In this document: positions 8,510 to 16,981 of the stretch, in pieces | Layout of the letters: each line of letters starts with the position of its first letter | How positions within the stretch are numbered: position 1 is the first letter of the stretch | From: an uncultured virus (IMG/VR IMGVR_UViG_3300009104_000003) | Taxonomy: Duplodnaviria > Heunggongvirae > Uroviricota > Caudoviricetes | Virus record (IMG/VR): IMGVR_UViG_3300009104_000003 | Length of the DNA stretch: 64,000 nt | Direction: 5' to 3' (one strand) | Notes under the pieces: generated by a model | Told to the model about the DNA's origin: nothing | The model's input: the letters and a program-made list of their open reading frames with translations, nothing else | Database searches by the model: none | Position numbers and translations under genes: made by a program

Positions 8510-9380
8510 TGTAAAATTCCTCCACTGATTCAATCAAGTTTCTACATCGTTTTTTAATTAAGTAATTTAAAACCTTCATTCTATGTGCTGGTTTTTGTTC
8601 GATGAATTCTTTTATTATACTATTATATATATGCTTTGGGATCTCATTTAAATCAATAAGAGTTTTATTTCGTTGATAATTTCGAAATACCTCTGTTGGC
8701 ATATTCATTCCTTCCACATCATAATTTTCTAAATAAAATTCTATAACAGTTTGTCTTAACGGGCTTTGTTTAAGTTCCTCATCAACCAAAGTACTATCTT
8801 CAGATAGAATATTTGGTATACCATCTCCCGTATCTCCTCTACATATATGTTCAAATAGGTATGTACGAGGATTAAATCTATTTTCTTGTTTTGCTGGTAA
8901 ATATTTTTTTGTCATTGGACTAAATTGTTTAACATTATTAAATTTTTGTAATTGAATAAAATCTTTATCAGAAGATATAATCATTACTGGTTCATGTTGT
9001 CCAAATTCTTGAGTATTATGTACCAAAGCTCCTATCATATCATCAGCTTCACAATTATCCATATGTAATACTTTATAGGGAAGATTCTCTTTAATCTCAT
9101 CCCGTACCATATTTAATATTCGAAAAATTTCATTCCAATCTAATCCAGAAGTATCTTTTTTATATCGAGCTTTTCGATTAGCTTTATAGTAAGGATAATA
9201 TTCATATCTCCAGGATTTTTGTCCATCAGCACATATTACCATTTGGCCATATTCATCTCTGAATCTTCTATTGTACATACGAATGCTATTAAGAATCATA
9301 TGTCGAATAAGATCCTCATCTTGCATTTTTCCTATAATTATATTAGCTAAAGCTATCTGACTGTAATCAAGCAAAATCAT
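8502..9380 (-). CDS. rnh: RNase H / 5'-3' flap exonuclease
   Basis: YKANR, EADD, SSDKDFIQL, GDTGDGIPN. Confidence 0.92.
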   Translation of the reverse strand: MILLDYSQIALANIIIGKMQDEDLIRHMILNSIRMYNRRFRDEYGQMVICADGQKSWRYEYYPYYKANRKARYKKDTSGLDWNEIFRILNMVRDEIKENLPYKVLHMDNCEADDMIGALVHNTQEFGQHEPVMIISSDKDFIQLQKFNNVKQFSPMTKKYLPAKQENRFNPRTYLFEHICRGDTGDGIPNILSEDSTLVDEELKQSPLRQTVIEFYLENYDVEGMNMPTEVFRNYQRNKTLIDLNEIPKHIYNSIIKEFIEQKPAHRMKVLNYLIKKRCRNLIESVEEFYNG

Positions 9381-9387
9381 AATGTCT

Positions 9388-9417
9388 ATTATACCATAGT
9401 TTACACCAAATGTAAAC
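9388..9417 (-). promoter_or_regulatory. Sigma70-like early/middle promoter
   Basis: GTTTACA-N17-TATAAT with TGG before the -10; one of 13 minus-strand copies. Confidence 0.8.
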
Positions 9418-9419
9418 CC

Positions 9420-9854
9420 CTATTTTAAATTTTTTACTGCGTTTGCTCCTATTCGGCAATTAATAATACCATTGTAGTATTCTTCTGTAAGGAGAACATT
9501 TCTATCAAATTGTTCTTTTGTTTCCATATATGCACATTCCCCTTTAGTTTTACAAAGATGTAATATCTGGCGTCGGAACATATGTTGTCCAAATTCTTCT
9601 ACATCAGCTACTAAATGTTTGTTCGAACCCCAATAGGATTTCCAATCAGATTCAACCTTAAGTCTCTTTCGTCTTTTTCTTTTTTTAGTTATAGGGAGGG
9701 TTTTTTGTTTCCAAAAGAATTTTTTACCAATATATTTTTTACCATCTGGTCTCAAGCTATATATCATATAGACAAATCCATACCAAATCTCTGGTGTAAA
9801 TTCCTCTGGTGGAACAAACACCTCACCATTATATTTCCAGGGGATCATCTCCAT
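9420..9854 (-). CDS. GIY-YIG (Seg-like) endonuclease
   Basis: YGFVY...KKYIGKK; YWGS; YYN. Confidence 0.75.
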   Translation of the reverse strand: MEMIPWKYNGEVFVPPEEFTPEIWYGFVYMIYSLRPDGKKYIGKKFFWKQKTLPITKKRKRRKRLKVESDWKSYWGSNKHLVADVEEFGQHMFRRQILHLCKTKGECAYMETKEQFDRNVLLTEEYYNGIINCRIGANAVKNLK

Positions 9855-10102
9855 AAAAAGTCTGTTACATCCTTCATATCATTATGATGAACACATTGGC
9901 ATTCTAAATCATTCGAATGTAATCCTTCACAATATTCTATCATTCCATAATCAATACATGTTGGTTTTTTAGGGATTGGATTTGATTTTTCAGGACAAAG
10001 ATAAGTTCCTGTCTTATCGGTATAACATAATCCTGGTAATGGTTCATATACTGCACATCCGACTATTATACTAATAATCGTTATCATCATAAAGTTCTTC
10101 AT
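9845..10102 (-). CDS. Cys-rich putative lipoprotein
   Basis: Hydrophobic N-terminus with IVGC lipobox. Confidence 0.55.
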   Translation of the reverse strand: MKNFMMITIISIIVGCAVYEPLPGLCYTDKTGTYLCPEKSNPIPKKPTCIDYGMIEYCEGLHSNDLECQCVHHNDMKDVTDFLWR

Positions 10103-10232
10103 CTATTTCCTCTTCAATTTCTTCTGCATATCCACAATATGGACAGTATCTTGGTTCCTCAAAAACCTCATCATTTGTTGTTTTTATTTCTGATTCAATC
10201 CGACACTCCGGACAATGGAAATAATTAATCAT
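10071..10232 (-). CDS. Small zinc-ribbon protein (53 aa)
   Basis: Hand translation: CPEC...YCPYCG with an acidic tail. Confidence 0.65.
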   Translation of the reverse strand: MINYFHCPECRIESEIKTTNDEVFEEPRYCPYCGYAEEIEEEIDEELYDDNDY

Positions 10233-10473
10233 CTAAATACCCACACACTTTTGCAAATTCTGTATAACTACCAATTTTAATTCCATCAATCGTGATTTGT
10301 GGAAACATTTTAGCATGTGGAAATTTTTCAAGTAATTGTTCTCTAGTAAAATCTTCATCAAGTATATATTTATCATACGTATGTTCTTTATATCTATCAG
10401 TTATTTTTTCTGCTAAATTTAGAGCCTTAGTACAAAACAGGCAGTTTTCCTTACTATATATCTGAATGTGCAC
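10225..10473 (-). CDS. nrdC: Glutaredoxin
   Basis: YSKENCLFC, FPQI; next to nrdB. Confidence 0.85.
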   Translation of the reverse strand: MHIQIYSKENCLFCTKALNLAEKITDRYKEHTYDKYILDEDFTREQLLEKFPHAKMFPQITIDGIKIGSYTEFAKVCGYLDD

Positions 10474-11564
10474 TAGAGGCTTAATTTAGATAATTGTTCT
10501 TGGTCAACATCTTGTTTAATTCCACCAACTACGTAAGAACTTATTTCTGTTTCTTGAGGAGCTGGTTGAACATTTCGGCCAGAAATCCATTTCTCCGTCC
10601 AAGGGAGTGGATTTATTCTTCCTGCAGTATAAGGACATGTTAGTCCTACTGCTCTCATTCTTTTAGCTCCTATCCAATCAACATAATCTGCAAGGAGCTT
10701 TTCATTTAATCCTATCATTGATCCATCTTTAAATAAATATTCTGCCCATTCTTTTTCCTGATCTATCACATTTATATATAATTCTGTACACTCGTCCTCA
10801 GTTTCTTTTGCGATCTTTTTGAAATCTTTATCTTCTTTTATTAAGGTCTTTAGCATATAGCTTGTGGATGCTAAATGAACATTCTCATCTCTGGCAATAA
10901 ACTTAATAATTTTTGCATTACCTTCCATCTTTTTTAGTTCCGCGAACGCCCATGCGCACGCGAAGGATACATAAAATCTAATTCCTTCAAGGGCATTAGC
11001 TGCCATAAGGCACATCCATAATGCTTTTTTATGGTTATATAAATTATTTCGTAAAACAGGATCATTATCCTTATTATTAAAAGCAATTAATTCATCATAA
11101 TATTTTGCTATATCATTACCACATTCTAGTATTTCTTTTATATCAAGTAATCCATCAAATACTATCGAAGGATTAGGATAAACATTTCTAATAAGATGAG
11201 TATAAGACCGTGAATGAATTGTTTCAAAAAATGACCAAGTTTCGATCCACGTTTCAATTTCGGGTAAAGAAGATATAGGTAGGAATGCAATATTAGGTGC
11301 ACGACCTTGAACCGAATCCAACATAATTTGTCGTTTAAGATTTGATGTAAATATGTGTTGTTCATGATCAGTCAAAGAATTAAAATCTTTTTTGTCCCTT
11401 GATACATCTACCTCTTCTGGTCTCCAAAAAAATCCTAATTGTTTTTCTGTTATCTTTTCTATTGCAGGGTATCTAACTTGATCATATCGAGCAATATCAA
11501 CCCCCTCATCAAGAAACATTCCTTTGACAAGGTGTGATTTTTTATTCTTTTTTAGGATACCCAC
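10473..11564 (-). CDS. nrdB: Ribonucleotide reductase class Ia beta subunit
   Basis: FFWRPEE, ETIHSRSY, LEGIRFYVSF, RDENVH, APQETE. Confidence 0.97.
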   Translation of the reverse strand: MGILKKNKKSHLVKGMFLDEGVDIARYDQVRYPAIEKITEKQLGFFWRPEEVDVSRDKKDFNSLTDHEQHIFTSNLKRQIMLDSVQGRAPNIAFLPISSLPEIETWIETWSFFETIHSRSYTHLIRNVYPNPSIVFDGLLDIKEILECGNDIAKYYDELIAFNNKDNDPVLRNNLYNHKKALWMCLMAANALEGIRFYVSFACAWAFAELKKMEGNAKIIKFIARDENVHLASTSYMLKTLIKEDKDFKKIAKETEDECTELYINVIDQEKEWAEYLFKDGSMIGLNEKLLADYVDWIGAKRMRAVGLTCPYTAGRINPLPWTEKWISGRNVQPAPQETEISSYVVGGIKQDVDQEQLSKLSL

Positions 11565-11789
11565 CTATCCCCCTTTTGTTGGGGTAGGGTGAGCATTTTC
11601 AGGTCTTACATAAGTTGAATCTTCTTTTACGATTCTTCTTATTTCTTCTCCTAATGCTGCATCATTTGGGAAATCAAATGCGAGCTGTTTAAGCTCTTTA
11701 ATTCCCAGCGATTGATGTTCTTTATTTCTCACTCTCATTAAATCCTCTCTATTTATTCCATTAAATTGTACAACTGTCACAGTCTTCAT
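11565..11789 (-). CDS. Hypothetical protein between nrdA and nrdB
   Basis: Fills the nrdA-nrdB gap. Confidence 0.5.
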   Translation of the reverse strand: MKTVTVVQFNGINREDLMRVRNKEHQSLGIKELKQLAFDFPNDAALGEEIRRIVKEDSTYVRPENAHPTPTKGG

Positions 11790-14073
11790 CCTCTTCTTTT
11801 TCTATTTCTCTTATCCAATATTCTTCAACATAATCTTCTTCTACTGGTAATTCCCCAGCTCCATCATATGTATTGAAGTAATAAAGTTGTTTCAATCCAT
11901 ACTTATAAGCTGTAACCAAGTCTTGTATCATGACTGACATTGGTACCTTTTGATCCTCATAATTTTCTGGATTATAAGAAGTATTAACACTAATACCTTG
12001 ATCAATATACTTTTGTAATATAGCACATATTTTTAAATATCCTTCTGGGGATTTTTGATCCCAAAGAAGATCATATTTATTCTGAAGATGAAAATGACCA
12101 GGCACTACCTGAGCCATTACTCCATCCTTAGATTGTTTATATGATACTAAAGCCCTTGGAGGTTCAATACCATTAGTGCTATTACTAATTTGTGCAGATG
12201 TTTCTGATGGCATTAATGCCATAAGCGTAGAATTTCTTATACCGTGTTCTTTAAGTTGTTTTCTTAAATCTTTCCAAGGTAATCTAAGCTTCGGTTTTAT
12301 TAATTTATCTACTGCACCCTTATATGTATCAATTGGCACTTCTCCACGGCTATATTTTGTCTCATTAGACTTAGGACAAGCACCTCTTTCTTCTGCTAAG
12401 TCAGCTGAAGCTTTAATTAAGTAATATGACCAAGCTTCTGCATATTTGTTTATAATTCCAAAGGCATTTTGATCATATTTAAGTCCTCTTTTAGCAAGGA
12501 AATAAGCTAGGTTAATAATACCTACACCTAGTGGCCTTCGAGCCTTTGTAGATAGTTCTGCTTCCATTACCGGATATTTTTGATATGATAATAAATTATC
12601 CAGAGCTCTTACTGTCAAAGTACAATACTTTTCAAAATCTTTTGTTTCTTCGATTAATCCCCAATTGATTGCAGAAAGAGTACACAAACTTATTTCTCCT
12701 ACTCCCTTTTCTCCTAAAGGTTTAGTAGGTAGATCTATCTCACAACATAGATTACTCATATGAATAGGTGCTTTTTCTTCTATGAAAGAACCGTGCTTAT
12801 TTGCATGATCAACATTTTGTAGATATATTCTTCCAGTATCTTTTCTTTCATTTAAGAAAGATGAAAATACCTCTATTGCTGGAAGAGATTTCTTTCTAAT
12901 AGAATAAGCTCTTTCATATTTCTCATATAGTTCTTTAAATTTACCTTGATCGATAAAGAAAGATTCATATAGATCTGGTACATCTACTGGATCAAAAAAG
13001 GTTATATTGCCTCCTTCAATCAATCTTTCATACATTAATTTGTTGAATTGAAAGGCATAATCCATATGTCTAACTCTAGTTTCTTCTGTACCTTTATTAT
13101 TCTTTAATACAACTAGATCTTCAAACTCATAATGCCATACAGGTAGATACACGGTCGCTGCGCCCCCGCGCACGCCCCCTTGCGAGCACGACTTAACTGC
13201 TGCTTGAAAGTACTTTAAAAATGGAATTAGACCTGTATGAACAACTGATCCATCGCCTATGCGCGCGCCTAGCGCACGTATGGAGCCCGCACCGATACCT
13301 ATACCGGCCTTTTTACTTATATAATTTACAATAGAAGTAGAGGTAGCGTTAATAGAATCCAGGCTGTCGCCAGATTCAATGAGCACACAGGACGAAAATT
13401 GACGTGTTGGAGTCCGTACACCAGCCATGATAGGTGTAGGCAAACTAATATAAAATTGAGATATTGCATCATAATAAGCTTTTATCCAGGGTAATCTATC
13501 TTCCTTTTCTTTACTAAATAGTGTTAATGCCACCATCATGTAAAGCATTTGTGGGGATTCGTATACTTGTTTTGTCTTCCTATCCTGTACTAGATATTTA
13601 CCTCTAAACTGTTCCATTCCAGCGTAGGTAAATGTATCATCTCTATCATGTTTTATATATGAGTTTAATTGATCTATTTCTTTTTTCGAAAAATTTTTTA
13701 ATACACTAGGATCATACATCCCTTGATCAATATTGGATTTTATTAATTTATAAAGAGACCAAGGTTCATAACGACCATATACTTCTTTACGAATTTTATA
13801 ATTAATTAATCTTGCTGCTACAAATTGGTAATTTGGTGTGTGATCCGAGATAAGTTCGGCTGAACTTTTTATAAGAAGCTCATGAATATCATAAGCTGGG
13901 ATTTTATCATATAGTTGTAGGTTTGCTTTTAGTTCTATTTCTGATTGGGATACACCAGTAATACCTTCGGTTGCCCATTCTAAAACTTTATGAACCTTGT
14001 CTAAATCAAACTGTTGTAAACTGCCATCTCTTTTAGTGACATTTATTTGCATGCTACTTGTTCCGCTAATCAT
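11761..14073 (-). CDS. nrdA: Ribonucleotide reductase class Ia alpha subunit
   Basis: ATP cone VTKRDG, QFSSCVL, SNLCCEI, C-terminal CDSC. Confidence 0.98.
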   Translation of the reverse strand: MISGTSSMQINVTKRDGSLQQFDLDKVHKVLEWATEGITGVSQSEIELKANLQLYDKIPAYDIHELLIKSSAELISDHTPNYQFVAARLINYKIRKEVYGRYEPWSLYKLIKSNIDQGMYDPSVLKNFSKKEIDQLNSYIKHDRDDTFTYAGMEQFRGKYLVQDRKTKQVYESPQMLYMMVALTLFSKEKEDRLPWIKAYYDAISQFYISLPTPIMAGVRTPTRQFSSCVLIESGDSLDSINATSTSIVNYISKKAGIGIGAGSIRALGARIGDGSVVHTGLIPFLKYFQAAVKSCSQGGVRGGAATVYLPVWHYEFEDLVVLKNNKGTEETRVRHMDYAFQFNKLMYERLIEGGNITFFDPVDVPDLYESFFIDQGKFKELYEKYERAYSIRKKSLPAIEVFSSFLNERKDTGRIYLQNVDHANKHGSFIEEKAPIHMSNLCCEIDLPTKPLGEKGVGEISLCTLSAINWGLIEETKDFEKYCTLTVRALDNLLSYQKYPVMEAELSTKARRPLGVGIINLAYFLAKRGLKYDQNAFGIINKYAEAWSYYLIKASADLAEERGACPKSNETKYSRGEVPIDTYKGAVDKLIKPKLRLPWKDLRKQLKEHGIRNSTLMALMPSETSAQISNSTNGIEPPRALVSYKQSKDGVMAQVVPGHFHLQNKYDLLWDQKSPEGYLKICAILQKYIDQGISVNTSYNPENYEDQKVPMSVMIQDLVTAYKYGLKQLYYFNTYDGAGELPVEEDYVEEYWIREIEKEEDEDCDSCTI

Positions 14074-14096
14074 TTCATAACCTTAATACTCTATAT

Positions 14097-14126
14097 ATTA
14101 TACCACATTTCTGCGGTAATGTAAAC
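14097..14126 (-). promoter_or_regulatory. Sigma70-like early/middle promoter
   Basis: GTTTACA-N17-TATAAT. Confidence 0.8.
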
Positions 14127-14143
14127 AACTTTTTTAGCTTTTT

Positions 14144-14368
14144 TTAAAAAGAATCGATATAATTGACTATATCTTTTACAGTAAATATTTCTTCTGTTTC
14201 TTCATCTGTCAGTTGCACATCAAATTCATCTTCCAGGCGCATTACTATTTCAACAGTATCTAGAGAGTCAGCTCCTAGATCATTGATAATGTGAGCTTCT
14301 GGGACAATTTGGGATGATGGTACATTTAAACACTCGGTAAGAATATTAACTATTCTAGTATCTACCAT
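14144..14368 (-). CDS. acpP: Acyl carrier protein
   Basis: DLGADSLDTVE phosphopantetheine attachment site. Confidence 0.93.
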   Translation of the reverse strand: MVDTRIVNILTECLNVPSSQIVPEAHIINDLGADSLDTVEIVMRLEDEFDVQLTDEETEEIFTVKDIVNYIDSF

Positions 14369-14557
14369 TTATTTCTCCAAATAATTATTTAAAAACAACA
14401 CTAATCTCACACTCTTGGCTTTGGCCAGCGCAAAAAGCTCTTATGAAAGTTGCCACCTCAGCTAATTCACTTCGGTCGGCAACTTCTATAACGATCTTAG
14501 AATTTCCTACTCCCTCTGGAGTGCTCTTCAACTTCTTTCCATTATAACGAGAAGAGC

Positions 14558-14830
14558 TTATTCGTTTGGGCTTTCGTCTTGTAATTCGTCGGTTTGTTCG
14601 TCAACTTCATTAGCTACGTCTTCAACTACACCTGCTGTAGTATCTAATACAAAAGCTGTAGTATCTGAAACGTCTTCTGCTACTGCAGAAACAACTTGAG
14701 TTGTTCCTTGAACAACGGCATCAACAGTACCAGTAACGACTGTTTTTCCTGCTTCCCAAACTCCGCTAACACTAGCGCAACCGGTAAGTAGTAAAAACGA
14801 ACCTAGAATGCTTGCAATTAATACTTTCAT
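14558..14830 (-). CDS. Lipoprotein with amphipathic acidic helix (possible frameshift extension to 14385)
   Basis: LLTGC lipobox; GGAG RBS. Confidence 0.8.
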   Translation of the reverse strand: MKVLIASILGSFLLLTGCASVSGVWEAGKTVVTGTVDAVVQGTTQVVSAVAEDVSDTTAFVLDTTAGVVEDVANEVDEQTDELQDESPNE

Positions 14831-14921
14831 TCTCTTTTCTCCATGCTATCAATCATCTATCTGATAGCTGTTTGCTGCAGTACGTCTGCATTCCGTGTAG
14901 ACTCTGGCCTACTCATTATAT

Positions 14922-14929
14922 TATTTATA
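14922..14929 (-). promoter_or_regulatory. T4-type late promoter TATAAATA
   Basis: Exact motif, intergenic. Confidence 0.7.
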
Positions 14930-15089
14930 TGATTTTATTTCTCAATTTCATCATTTTAATGTGGTAAAAACAGTGTTCCTGCTCTATGATGGTATAATAT
15001 ATCATACACTATTTCAAGCGAATGTACTACCAATACTAGTGTTAACAGGAAAGCACATACCTTTAACCATTTTATCATATGCCTCATAA

Positions 15090-15674
15090 TTATTCATCTT
15101 TATTCCTAGGGAATAGCCCTATTGAGGGTCTTTTACTTTCAGGCGCATTTGACGCCCCAACCCCTTGTTGTGTTGATCCATCGGGGTTTTTGATGGTAAC
15201 ATTCCTATAATAAACTACAACTTCTTGTACTTCTCTTATATATCTACGTAACTCCTGCATATTCATTGACATAAGTTCATAATCACTCACGGCCATTGCA
15301 ACAAATACTGCATCTCCGTTATTTTGTTTACGCATTTCATCAAGGAATTTATCTAAGTAAGTATATCCTTCTGGCCATTCTGGATGTTCTCTTCCCAGAG
15401 ATTCATCTCTTTTGCCTTCTTCGTTCTTTTTATAAGGGTTAGCTATAACTGCTTCTGATACAACATACCAATATGGTTCTTTAAGATCAATTGATCTTGG
15501 CATTGATGGTTGTATGATTTCAATCTCTATAGGTTTAGAGATTACTTCTACCTGCTTGGCTCCAAACATGGAGCAACCACTAGTTGTTAGGGTTAATATC
15601 CCCAGTAATATTATCGAGAGAGTCGAGCTCCTTAGAGTCGTTCTCGATGCTGTCGAATACTTCTTTTGTTCCAT
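15090..15674 (-). CDS. Putative o-spanin (Rz1-like lipoprotein)
   Basis: TTSGC lipobox; Pro-rich N-terminus; 5' end overlaps the i-spanin candidate; start uncertain. Confidence 0.65.
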   Translation of the reverse strand: MEQKKYSTASRTTLRSSTLSIILLGILTLTTSGCSMFGAKQVEVISKPIEIEIIQPSMPRSIDLKEPYWYVVSEAVIANPYKKNEEGKRDESLGREHPEWPEGYTYLDKFLDEMRKQNNGDAVFVAMAVSDYELMSMNMQELRRYIREVQEVVVYYRNVTIKNPDGSTQQGVGASNAPESKRPSIGLFPRNKDE

Positions 15675-15975
15675 TGTTTACTCTTTTTTCTATAAGACCT
15701 GGCTTAGCCGCAGCTAATTGGTTTAAATTATGTCTGCGAAATATATCCAGATATCTATTCATTTCACCTTCAATTTCTGCATTTCTAGTTGACAAATTAT
15801 TCAAGGCTTTACCTTGTGTTTCATATGCTTGTTGAACAGCTGCAATTGTTTGCTTTTGTTCTTCTACTGCGAAAGTGAGAGCAGTATTTTCATTCTTGAG
15901 GGTAATGTTTTGATTGTACAAGAACCAGCCACCTAGTCCTAGTGCTACAATCAATCCCATTAATATTTGATTCAT
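15580..15975 (-). CDS. Putative i-spanin (Rz-like)
   Basis: N-terminal TM helix, coiled coil, AAAKPGLIEKRVN. Confidence 0.65.
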   Translation of the reverse strand: MNQILMGLIVALGLGGWFLYNQNITLKNENTALTFAVEEQKQTIAAVQQAYETQGKALNNLSTRNAEIEGEMNRYLDIFRRHNLNQLAAAKPGLIEKRVNNGTKEVFDSIENDSKELDSLDNITGDINPNN

Positions 15976-16202
15976 AATTCTTCTATCCTATAATTTAAAC
16001 CATCTGCTCCTCTAATTTCTATCATTTCCCCTTCATGTGTTTTAAATTTTAAAAACTTTGGTTGTTTTTTATAAAACTTTTTAACAACAAATTCTCTATC
16101 ATCTGCATCTCCCCAAGTTTTATTATAACTAACTATCACTTTATATCGAGGAAAGAAAAATGAAACTATACCTAACCATATTTCTTTTATTCTCTTTTTC
16201 AC
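15972..16202 (-). CDS. Hypothetical protein
   Basis: Overlapping start/stop at both ends. Confidence 0.65.
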   Translation of the reverse strand: MKKRIKEIWLGIVSFFFPRYKVIVSYNKTWGDADDREFVVKKFYKKQPKFLKFKTHEGEMIEIRGADGLNYRIEEL

Positions 16203-16690
16203 TTGATCCCTGTAGCTGTTTTATATTGCTTTTGGACTTTATCCTCTGCATCATTTACTTTTTTAATTTTTTTCCTAATAGCATCCATCATTTTTTTGAC
16301 TCTACCTGGAGGCATATTTTCTCTTTTTTTACGCATAGCTTCTTTTTCTTTACGGATTTTTTCTCTTGCAACTGCTATTCGTTCTAAATTTTTTCTTTTC
16401 TTTTCCATTGCTGCAGCTTTCTTTTCAGCTGCATCTGCACGACCCTGAGCAGAAGCTCTTTGTTTTACTTTTCCTGCACCCTTACCTACAAGTTTTCCTG
16501 CACCTTTAGCACCTTTCCATGCAAGTTTTCCTGCACCTTTAGCAAGTTTACCTATAGCCGAAAATAATCCTTCCTCTAATTCATTTAGTTGTTCTTCAGT
16601 TAAAGACCTAACATAAGTTTCTAATTGAGCATCAGACATTTCGTCAATGGTATCAATATCAATATTTCTATATTCTTTAAACGTTTTCAC
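16199..16690 (-). CDS. Putative internal head protein (CTS-like N-terminus, Lys/Ala-rich)
   Basis: MKTFKEY start; KGAGKL repeats; LEE^G cleavage-like site. Confidence 0.65.
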   Translation of the reverse strand: MKTFKEYRNIDIDTIDEMSDAQLETYVRSLTEEQLNELEEGLFSAIGKLAKGAGKLAWKGAKGAGKLVGKGAGKVKQRASAQGRADAAEKKAAAMEKKRKNLERIAVAREKIRKEKEAMRKKRENMPPGRVKKMMDAIRKKIKKVNDAEDKVQKQYKTATGIK

Positions 16691-16977
16691 TTCTTTCCTT
16701 TAAGCTTCATTCCTAATTCTTTCCATAATTTAGATCTTAGTTGAGCTTGTATCCTTCCTCTTCTTTCCCAGTCTGTTTTACCTTTGCTATGTCCTGGTCC
16801 TGAAAGTCTTGATTCTACTCCCATCTTTTTAAGAACTTCCTTTTCTTTCTTTTTCTTTTTCTTCATGTGTACTCCGGGTTCTCCTTTGTCACCTACCCCG
16901 ATGCCGGCAATACCACCGCCACCAGCTGAATTCGCTGCTGCGTCTTCCCACATTTTAAAAGTTAAAATTTTACTCAT
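16687..16977 (-). CDS. Putative internal head protein
   Basis: LTFKMWEDAAANSAGGGGIAG; poly-Lys. Confidence 0.55.
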   Translation of the reverse strand: MSKILTFKMWEDAAANSAGGGGIAGIGVGDKGEPGVHMKKKKKKEKEVLKKMGVESRLSGPGHSKGKTDWERRGRIQAQLRSKLWKELGMKLKGKK

Positions 16978-16981
16978 ATAA

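Noticed and set aside
10473..14073. Intron, intein or homing endonuclease in nrdA/nrdB (also checked gene 43 and gene 41)
   Set aside because: The ORFs are continuous and of normal length; the 74-aa intervening ORF has no endonuclease motif.
14988..14999. Second plus-strand promoter (TGGTATAAT)
   Set aside because: No TTTAC -35 element at the right spacing, and it lies inside a small minus-strand ORF.
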